From positions 431,458,001-431,522,000 of the forward strand of contig OZ024740.1 of the NCBI GenBank assembly GCA_964016885.1: a stretch of 64,000 nt of DNA. The letters are read 5' to 3'. A program made the position numbers and the translations under genes. The notes beneath the pieces are model-generated. The model was not told the origin of the DNA, did no database searches, and worked only from the letters and a program-made list of their open reading frames with translations. Below, piece after piece: positions 52,084 through 62,510 of this stretch (position 1 is its first letter; every line of letters begins with the position of its first letter). The DNA comes from Eledone cirrhosa (Eukaryota).

Positions 52084-55000
52084 TGTTGAACTCTGTTAAA
52101 GACATCCCAGGAGTAAGTTGTGGTGTTGAACTTTGTTAAAGAGATCCCAGCAGTAGGTTGTGGTGTTGAACTCTGTTAAAGACATCCCAGACGTAGGTTG
52201 TGGTGTTGAACTCTGTTAAAGACATCCCAGAAGTAGGTTGTGGTATTGAACTCTGTAAAAGACATCCCAGGAGTAGGTTGTGGTGTTGAACTCTGTTAAA
52301 GACATCCCAGGAGTAGGTTGTAGTGTTGAACTCTGTTAAAGACATCCCAAGAGTAGGTTGTGGTCTTGAACTTTGTTAAAGTGATCCCAGAAGTAGGTTG
52401 TGGTGTTGAACTCTGTTAAAGACATCCCAGGCGTAGGTTGTGGTATTGAACTCTGTTAAAGACATCTCAGAAGTAGGTCGTGGTATTGAACTCTTATTAT
52501 AGACATCCTACGAGTACGTTGTGGTGTTGAACTCTGTTAAAGACATCCCAGGAGTAGGTTGTGGTGTTGAACTCTGTTAAAGACATCCCAGGAGTAGGTT
52601 GTGCTATTGAACTCTATTAAAGACATCCTAGAAGTAGGTTGTGTTATTGAACTCTGTTAAAGACATCCCATTAGTAGGTTGTGGTGTTGAACTCTGTTAA
52701 AGACATCCCATTAGTAGGTTGTGGTGTTGAACTCTGTAAAAAACATCCCAGAAGTAGGTTGTGGTGTTGAACTCTGTTAAATACATCCCATTAGTAGGTT
52801 GTGGTGTTGAACTCTGTTAAAGACATCGCAGAAGTAGGTTGTGGTGTTGAACTTTGTTAAAGACATCCCATTAGTAGGTTGTGGTGTTGAACTCTGTTAA
52901 AGACATCCCAGAAGTAGGTTGTGGTGTTGAACTATGTTAAAGACATCTCAAAAGTAGGTCGTGGTATTGAACTCTTATTATAGACATCCTACGAGTACGT
53001 TGTGGTGTTGAACTCTGTTAAAGACATCCCAGGAGTAGGTTGTGGTGTTGAACTCTGTTAAAGACATCCCAGGAGTAGGTTGTGGTATTGAACTCTATTA
53101 AAGACATCCTAGAAGTAGGTTGTGTTATTGAACTCTGTTAAAGACATCGCAGGAGTAGGTTGTGGTATTGAACTCTGTTAAAGACATCCCATTAGTAGGT
53201 TGTGGTGTTGAACTCTGTTAAAGACATCCCAGAAGTAGGTTGTGGTGTCGAACTCTGTTAAAGACATCCCAGAAGTAGGTTGTGGAGTAGAACTCTGTTA
53301 AAGACATCCTAGAAGTAGGTTGTGTTATTGAATTCTGTTAAAGACATCCCAGGAGTAGGTTGTGGTATTGAACTCTGTAAAAGACATCCAAGGCGTAGCT
53401 TGTGGTGTTGAACTCTGTTAAAGACATCCCAGAAGTAGGTTGTGGTATTGAACTCTGTTACCGACATCCCAGGAGTAGGTTGTGGTGTTGAACTCTGTTA
53501 AAGACATCCCAGGAGTAGGTTGTAGTATTGAACTCTGTTAAAGACATCCCAGGAGTAGGTTGTGGTGTTGAACTCTGTTAAAGACATCCCAGGAGTAGGT
53601 TGTGGTGTTGAACTCTATTAAAGACTTCCCAGAAGTAGGTTGTTGTATTGAACTCTGTTAAAGACATCCCAGAAGTAGGTTGTGGTGCTGAACTCTGTTA
53701 TAGACATCCCAGAAGTAGGTTGTGGTTTTGAACTCGGTTATAGACATCCCAGAAGTAGGTTGTGGTGTTGAACTCTGTTAAAGACATCCCAGAAGTAGGT
53801 TGTGGTATTGAACTCAGTTAAAGAAATCTCAGGAGTAGGTTGTGGTGTTGAACTCTGTTAAAGACATTCGAGAGGTAGGTTGTGGTGTTGAACTTTGTTA
53901 AAGAAATCCCAGAAGTAGGTTGGGTATTGAACTCTGTTAAAGACATCCCAGGAGTAGGTTGTGGTATTGAACTCTGTTAAAGACATCCCAGAAGTAGGTT
54001 GTGGTGTTGAACTCTCTTAAAGACATCCCAAAAACAGGTTGTGGTGTTGAACTCTGTTAACGACATCCCAGAAGTAGGTTGTAGTGTTGAACTCTGTTAA
54101 AGACATCCCAAGAGTAGGTTGTGGTCTTGAACTTTGTTAAAGTGATCCCAGAAGTAGGTTGTGGTGTTGAACTCTGTTAAAGACATCCCAGGCGTAGGTT
54201 GTGGTTTTGAACTCTGTTAAAGACATCTCAGAAGTAGGTCGTGGTATTGAACTGTTATTATAGACATCCTACGAGTAGGTTGTGGTGTTGAACTCTTTTA
54301 AAGACATCCCAGGAGCAGGCTGTGGTGTTGAACTTTGTTAAAGACATCCCTAAGGTAGGTTGTGGTGTTGAACTCTGTTAAAGACATCTCAGGTGTAAGT
54401 TGTGGAGTTGAACTCTGTTAAAAACATCCCAGAAGTAGGTTGTGGTGTTGAACTGTGTTAAAGATATTCCAGGAGTAGGTTGTGATGTTGTACTCTGTTA
54501 AAGACATCCCAGAAGTAGGATGTGGTGTTGAACTCTGTTAAAGACACCCCAGAAATAGAATGTGGTGTTGAACTCTGTTAAAGACATCCCAGGAGTAGGC
54601 TGCGGTGTTGAACTTTGTTAAAGATATCTCAGGAGTAGGTTGTGGTGGTGAACTCTGTTAAAGACATCCCAGGAGTAGGTTGTGGTATTGAACTCTGTTA
54701 AAGACATCCCAGGAGTAGGTTGTGGTGTTGAACTCTGTTAAAGACATCCCAGAAGTAGGTTGTGGTGTTGAACTCTGTTAAAGACATCCCAGGAGTAGGT
54801 TGTGGTGTTGAACTCTGTTAAAGACATCCCAGAAGTAGGATGTGGTGTTGAACTCTGTTAAAGACACCCCAGAAGTAGGTTGTGGTGTTGAACTCTGTTA
54901 AAGACATCCCAGGAGTAGGCTGTGGTGTTGAACTTTGTTAAAGACATCCCAGGAGTAGGTTATGGTATTGAACTCTGTTAAAGACATCCTAGAAGTAGGT

Positions 55001-58000
55001 TGTGGTCTTGAACTCTGTTAAAGACATCCTAGAAGTAGGTTGTGGTCTTGAACTCTGTTAAAGACATCCTAGAAGTAGGTTGTGGTCTTGAACTCTGTTA
55101 AAGACATCCTAGAAGTAGGTTGTGGTCTTGAACTCTGTTAAAGACATCCCAGGAGTAGGTTGTGGTGTTGAACTCTGTTAAAGACATCCTAGAAGTAGGT
55201 TGTGTTGTTGAACTCTGTTAAAGACATCCTAGAAGTAGGTTGTGGTGTTGAACTCTGTTAAAGACATCCCAGGAGTAGGTTGTGGTATTGAACTCTGTTA
55301 ACGACATCCCAGGAGTAGCTTGTGGTATTGAACTCTGTTAAAGACATTCCAGCAGTAGGTTGTGGTGGTGAACTCTGTTAAAGACATCTCAGAGGTAGGT
55401 TGTGGTGTTGAACTCTGTTAAAGACATCCCAGAAGTAGGTTGTGGTATTGAACTCTGTTAAAGACATCCCAGGAGTAGGTTGTGGTATTGAACTCTGTTA
55501 AAGACATCTCAGGAGTAGGTTGTGTTGTTGAACTCTGTTAAAGACATCCCAGGAGTAGGTTGTGGTATTGAACTCTGTTAACGACATCCCAGGACTAGGT
55601 TGTGGTGTTGAACTCTGTTAAAGAGATCCCAGAAGTAGGTTGTCGTGTTGAACTCTGTTAAAGACATCCCAGGAGTAAGTTGTGGTGTTGAACTTTGTTA
55701 AAGAGATCCCAGCAGTAGGTTGTGGTGTTGAACTCTGTTAAAGACATCCCAGACGTAGGTTGTGGTGTTGAACTCTGTTAAAGACATCCCAGAAGTAGGT
55801 TGTGGTATTGAACTCTGTAAAAGACATCCCAGGAGTAGGTTGTGGTGTTGAACTCTGTTAAAGACATCCCAGGAGTAGGTTGTAGTGTTGAACTCTGTTA
55901 AAGACATCCCAAGAGTAGGTTGTGGTCTTGAACTTTGTTAAAGTGATCCCAGAAGTAGGTTGTGGTGTTGAACTCTGTTAAAGACATCCCAGGCGTAGGT
56001 TGTGGTATTGAACTCTGTTAAAGACATCTCAGAAGTAGGTCGTGGTATTGAACTCTTATTATAGACATCCTACGAGTACGTTGTGGTGTTGAACTCTGTT
56101 AAAGACATCCCAGGAGTAGGTTGTGGTGTTGAACTCTGTTAAAGACATCCCAGGAGTAGGTTGTGCTATTGAACTCTATTAAAGACATCCTAGAAGTAGG
56201 TTGTGTTATTGAACTCTGTTAAAGACATCCCATTAGTAGGTTGTGGTGTTGAACTCTGTTAAAGACATCCCATTAGTAGGTTGTGGTGTTGAACTCTGTA
56301 AAAAACATCCCAGAAGTAGGTTGTGGTGTTGAACTCTGTTAAATACATCCCATTAGTAGGTTGTGGTGTTGAACTCTGTTAAAGACATCGCAGAAGTAGG
56401 TTGTGGTGTTGAACTTTGTTAAAGACATCCCATTAGTAGGTTGTGGTGTTGAACTCTGTTAAAGACATCCCAGAAGTAGGTTGTGGTGTTGAACTATGTT
56501 AAAGACATCTCAAAAGTAGGTCGTGGTATTGAACTCTTATTATAGACATCCTACGAGTACGTTGTGGTGTTGAACTCTGTTAAAGACATCCCAGGAGTAG
56601 GTTGTGGTGTTGAACTCTGTTAAAGACATCCCAGGAGTAGGTTGTGGTATTGAACTCTATTAAAGACATCCTAGAAGTAGGTTGTGTTATTGAACTCTGT
56701 TAAAGACATCGCAGGAGTAGGTTGTGGTATTGAACTCTGTTAAAGACATCCCATTAGTAGGTTGTGGTGTTGAACTCTGTTAAAGACATCCCAGAAGTAG
56801 GTTGTGGTGTCGAACTCTGTTAAAGACATCCCAGAAGTAGGTTGTGGAGTAGAACTCTGTTAAAGACATCCTAGAAGTAGGTTGTGTTATTGAATTCTGT
56901 TAAAGACATCCCAGGAGTAGGTTGTGGTATTGAACTCTGTAAAAGACATCCAAGGAGTAGCTTGTGGTGTTGAACTCTGTTAAAGACATCCCAGAAGTAG
57001 GTTGTGGTATTGAACTCTGTTACCGACATCCCAGGAGTAGGTTGTGGTGTTGAACTCTGTTAAAGACATCCCAGGAGTAGGTTGTAGTATTGAACTCTGT
57101 TAAAGACATCCCAGGAGTAGGTTGTGGTGTTGAACTCTGTTAAAGACATCCCAGGAGTAGGTTGTGGTGTTGAACTCTATTAAAGACTTCCCAGAAGTAG
57201 GTTGTTGTATTGAACTCTGTTAAAGACATCCCAGAAGTAGGTTGTGGTGCTGAACTCTGTTATAGACATCCCAGAAGTAGGTTGTGGTTTTGAACTCGGT
57301 TATAGACATCCCAGAAGTAGGTTGTGGTGTTGAACTCTGTTAAAGACATCCCAGAAGTAGGTTGTGGTATTGAACTCAGTTAAAGAAATCTCAGGAGTAG
57401 GTTGTGGTGTTGAACTCTGTTAAAGACATTCGAGAGGTAGGTTGTGGTGTTGAACTTTGTTAAAGAAATCCCAGAAGTAGGTTGGGGTATTGAACTCTGT
57501 TAAAGACATCCCAGGAGTAGGTTGTGGTATTGAACTCTGTTAAAGACATCCCAGAAGTAGGTTGTGGTGTTGAACTCTCTTAAAGACATCCCAAAAACAG
57601 GTTGTGGTGTTGAACTCTGTTAACGACATCCCAGAAGTAGGTTGTAGTGTTGAACTCTGTTAAAGACATCCCAAGAGTAGGTTGTGGTCTTGAACTTTGT
57701 TAAAGTGATCCCAGAAGTAGGTTGTGGTGTTGAACTCTGTTAAAGACATCCCAGGCGTAGGTTGTGGTTTTGAACTCTGTTAAAGACATCTCAGAAGTAG
57801 GTCGTGGTATTGAACTGTTATTATAGACATCCTACGAGTAGGTTGTGGTGTTGAACTCTTTTAAAGACATCCCAGGAGCAGGCTGTGGTGTTGAACTTTG
57901 TTAAAGACATCCCTAAGGTAGGTTGTGGTGTTGAACTCTGTTAAAGACATCTCAGGTGTAAGTTGTGGAGTTGAACTCTGTTAAAAACATCCCAGAAGTA

Positions 58001-58849
58001 GGTTGTGGTGTTGAACTGTGTTAAAGATATTCCAGGAGTAGGTTGTGATGTTGTACTCTGTTAAAGACATCCCAGAAGTAGGATGTGGTGTTGAACTCTG
58101 TTAAAGACACCCCAGAAATAGAATGTGGTGTTGAACTCTGTTAAAGACATCCCAGGAGTAGGCTGCGGTGTTGAACTTTGTTAAAGATATCTCAGGAGTA
58201 GGTTGTGGTGGTGAACTCTGTTAAAGACATCCCAGGAGTAGGTTGTGGTATTGAACTCTGTTAAAGACATCCCAGGAGTAGGTTGTGGTGTTGAACTCTG
58301 TTAAAGACATCCCAGAAGTAGGTTGTGGTGTTGAACTCTGTTAAAGACATCCCAGGAGTAGGTTGTGGTGTTGAACTCTGTTAAAGACATCCCAGAAGTA
58401 GGATGTGGTGTTGAACTCTGTTAAAGACACCCCAGAAGTAGGTTGTGGTGTTGAACTCTGTTAAAGACATCCCAGGAGTAGGCTGTGGTGTTGAACTTTG
58501 TTAAAGACATCCCAGGAGTAGGTTATGGTATTGAACTCTGTTAAAGACATCCTAGAAGTAGGTTGTGGTCTTGAACTCTGTTAAAGACATCCTAGAAGTA
58601 GGTTGTGGTCTTGAACTCTGTTAAAGACATCCTAGAAGTAGGTTGTGGTCTTGAACTCTGTTAAAGACATCCTAGAAGTAGGTTGTGGTCTTGAACTCTG
58701 TTAAAGACATCCCAGGAGTAGGTTGTGGTGTTGAACTCTGTTAAAGACATCCTAGAAGTAGGTTGTGTTGTTGAACTCTGTTAAAGACATCCTAGAAGTA
58801 GGTTGTGGTGTTGAACTCTGTTAAAGACATCCCAGGAGTAGGTTGTGGT
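51749..58849. repeat. Tandem segmental duplication, period about 3562 bp (89 monomers)
   Basis: ORF pair 52136/55698 is offset by 3562. The variants CAGACGTAGG, GTGTCGAAC, GTTACCGAC, CTCGGTTATAG, AAAACAGG and AGAAATAGAATG each appear once per copy. Confidence 0.9.
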
Positions 58850-61800
58850 CTTGAACTCCGTTAAAGACATCCCAGGAGTAGGTTGTGGTGTTGAACTCTG
58901 TTAAAGACATCCTAGAAGTAGGTTGTGGTGTTGAACTCTGTTAAAGACATCCTAGAAGTAGGTTGTGGTGTTGAACTCCGTTAAAGACATCCCAGAAGTA
59001 GGTTGTGGTATTGAACTCTGTTAAAGACATCTCAGGAGTAGGTTGTGGTGTTGAACTCTGTTGAAGATATCCCAAAAGTAGGTTGTGGTGTTAAACTCTG
59101 TTAAAGACATCCCAGAAGTAGGTTGTGGTGTTGAACTCTGTTAAAGACATCCCAGGCGTAGGTTGTGGTGTTGAACTCTGTTAAAGACATCTCAGAAGTA
59201 GGTCGTGGTATTGAACTCTTATTATAGACATCCTACGAGTAGGTTGTGGTGTTGAACTCTGTTAAAGACATCCCAGGAGTAGGTTGTGGTGTTGAACTCT
59301 GTTAAAGACATCCCAGGAGTAGGTTGTGGTATTGAACTCTATTAAAGACATCCTAGAAGTAGGTTGTGTTATTGAACTCTGTTAAAGACATCGCAGGAGT
59401 AGGTTGTGGTATTGAACTCTGTTAAAGACATCCCATTAGTAGGTTGTGGTGTTGAACTCTATTAAAGACATCCCAGAAGTAGGTTGTGGTGTTGAACTCT
59501 GTTAAAGACATCCCAGAAGTAGGTTGTGGAGTAGAACTCTGTTAAAGACATCCTAGAAGTAGGTTGTGTTATTGAATTCTGTTAAAGACATCCCAGGAGT
59601 AGGTTGTGGTATTGAACTCTGTAAAAGACAGCCAAGGAGTAGCTTGTGGTGTTGAACTCTGTTAAAGACATCCCAGAAGTAGGTTGTGGTATTGAACTCT
59701 GTTAAAGACATCCCAGAAGTAGGTTGTGGTATTGAACTCTGTTAAAGACATCTCAGGGGTAGGTTGTGGTGTTGAACTCTGTTAAAGACATCCCAGGAGT
59801 AGGTTGTGGTGTTGAACTCTGTTAAAGACATCCCAGGAGTAGTTTGTGGTGTTGAACTTTGTTAAAGAGATCCCAGCAGTAGGTTGTGGTGTTGAACTCT
59901 GTTAAAGACATCCCAGAAGTAGGTTGTGGTGTTGAACTCTGTTAAAGACATCCCAGAAGTAGGTTGTGGTATTGAACTCTGTAAAAGACATCCCAGGAGT
60001 AGGTTGTAGTATTGAACTCTGTTAAAGACATCCCAGGAGTAGGTTGTGGTGTTGAACTCTGTTAAAGACATCCCAGGAGTGGGTTGTGGTGTTGAACTCT
60101 GTTAAAGACTTCCCAGAAGTAGGTTGTTGTATTGAACTCTGTTAAAGACATCCCAGAAGTAGGTTGTGGTGCTGAACTCTGTTAAAGACATCCCAGGAGT
60201 AGGTTGTGGTGTTGAACTCTGTTAAAGACTTCCCAGAAGTAGGTTGTGGTATTGAACTCTGTTAAAGACATTTCAGAAGTAGGTTGTGGTATTGAACTCT
60301 GTTAAAGACATCCCAGGAGTAGGTTGTGGTGGTGAACTCTGTTAAATATATCCCAGAGGTAGGTTGTGGTGTTGAACTCTGTTAAAGACTTCCCAGAAGT
60401 AGGTTCTCGTATTGAACTCTGTTAAAGACATCCCAGAAGTAGGTTGTGGTATTGAACTTTGTTAAAGACATCCCAGAAGTAGGTTGTGGTATTGAACTCT
60501 GTTAAAGCCATCCTAGAAGTAGGTTGTGGTGTTGAACTCTGTTAGAGACATCTCGGGAGTAGGTTGTGGTCTTGAACTCTGTTAAAGACATCCTAGAAGT
60601 AGGTTGTGGTCTTGAACTCTGTTAAAGACATCCCAGGAGTAGGTTGTGGTGTTGAACTCTGTTAAAGACATCCTAGAAGTAGGTTGTGTTGTTGAACTCT
60701 GTTAAAGACATCCTAGAAGTAGGTTGTGGTGTTGAACTCTGTTAAAGACATCCCAGGAGTAGGTTGTGGTCTTGAACTCCGTTAAAGACATCCCAGGAGT
60801 AGGTTGTGGTGTTGAACTCTGTTAAAGACATCCTAGAAGTAGGTTGTGGTGTTGAACTCTGTTAAAGACATCCTAGAAGTAGGTTGTGGTGTTGAACTCC
60901 GTTAAAGACATCCCAGAAGTAGGTTGTGGTATTGAACTCTGTTAAAGACATCTCAGGAGTAGGTTGTGGTGTTGAACTCTGTTGAAGATATCCCAAAAGT
61001 AGGTTGTGGTGTTAAACTCTGTTAAAGACATCCCAGAAGTAGGTTGTGGTGTTGAACTCTGTTAAAGACATCCCAGGCGTAGGTTGTGGTGTTGAACTCT
61101 GTTAAAGACATCTCAGAAGTAGGTCGTGGTATTGAACTCTTATTATAGACATCCTACGAGTAGGTTGTGGTGTTGAACTCTGTTAAAGACATCCCAGGAG
61201 TAGGTTGTGGTGTTGAACTCTGTTAAAGACATCCCAGGAGTAGGTTGTGGTATTGAACTCTATTAAAGACATCCTAGAAGTAGGTTGTGTTATTGAACTC
61301 TGTTAAAGACATCGCAGGAGTAGGTTGTGGTATTGAACTCTGTTAAAGACATCCCATTAGTAGGTTGTGGTGTTGAACTCTATTAAAGACATCCCAGAAG
61401 TAGGTTGTGGTGTTGAACTCTGTTAAAGACATCCCAGAAGTAGGTTGTGGAGTAGAACTCTGTTAAAGACATCCTAGAAGTAGGTTGTGTTATTGAATTC
61501 TGTTAAAGACATCCCAGGAGTAGGTTGTGGTATTGAACTCTGTAAAAGACATCCAAGGAGTAGCTTGTGGTGTTGAACTCTGTTAAAGACATCCCAGAAG
61601 TAGGTTGTGGTATTGAACTCTGTTAAAGACATCCCAGAAGTAGGTTGTGGTATTGAACTCTGTTAAAGACATCTCAGGGGTAGGTTGTGGTGTTGAACTC
61701 TGTTAAAGACATCCCAGGAGTAGGTTGTGGTGTTGAACTCTGTTAAAGACATCCCAGGAGTAGTTTGTGGTGTTGAACTTTGTTAAAGAGATCCCAGCAG

Positions 61801-62510
61801 TAGGTTGTGGTGTTGAACTCTGTTAAAGACATCCCAGAAGTAGGTTGTGGTGTTGAACTCTGTTAAAGACATCCCAGAAGTAGGTTGTGGTATTGAACTC
61901 TGTAAAAGACATCCCAGGAGTAGGTTGTAGTATTGAACTCTGTTAAAGACATCCCAGGAGTAGGTTGTGGTGTTGAACTCTGTTAAAGACATCCCAGGAG
62001 TGGGTTGTGGTGTTGAACTCTGTTAAAGACTTCCCAGAAGTAGGTTGTTGTATTGAACTCTGTTAAAGACATCCCAGAAGTAGGTTGTGGTGCTGAACTC
62101 TGTTAAAGACATCCCAGGAGTAGGTTGTGGTGTTGAACTCTGTTAAAGACTTCCCAGAAGTAGGTTGTGGTATTGAACTCTGTTAAAGACATTTCAGAAG
62201 TAGGTTGTGGTATTGAACTCTGTTAAAGACATCCCAGGAGTAGGTTGTGGTGGTGAACTCTGTTAAATATATCCCAGAGGTAGGTTGTGGTGTTGAACTC
62301 TGTTAAAGACTTCCCAGAAGTAGGTTCTCGTATTGAACTCTGTTAAAGACATCCCAGAAGTAGGTTGTGGTATTGAACTTTGTTAAAGACATCCCAGAAG
62401 TAGGTTGTGGTATTGAACTCTGTTAAAGCCATCCTAGAAGTAGGTTGTGGTGTTGAACTCTGTTAGAGACATCTCGGGAGTAGGTTGTGGTCTTGAACTC
62501 TGTTAAAGAC
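58640..62510. repeat. Tandem segmental duplication, period 1921 bp (48 monomers)
   Basis: ORF pair 59862/61783 is offset by 1921. Shared variants include GTTGAAGATATC, GAGTGGGTTG, AAATATATCC, GGTTCTCGT, AAAGCCATCC and TCTCGGGAG. Confidence 0.9.

Noticed and set aside
53915-53935. 39-bp monomer (TGGGTATT) in the first copy of the 3562-bp duplication
   Set aside because: The sister copy (about 57483) and related monomers (about 26754, 34118) have GGGG. A single-base loss in a homopolymer is as likely a sequencing or consensus error as a real mutation, so I did not interpret it.
882-61992. 26 short minus-strand ORFs (60-92 aa, starting MSLTEF...) in the ORF track
   Set aside because: They are translations of the satellite. 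Since 40 is not a multiple of 3, the frame cycles every three monomers (40 aa) and meets the single consensus TAA once per 120 bp. ORFs of 60 aa or more appear only where a GTAAAA or TGAACG variant removes that stop. There is no unique coding sequence, promoter context or recognisable domain.
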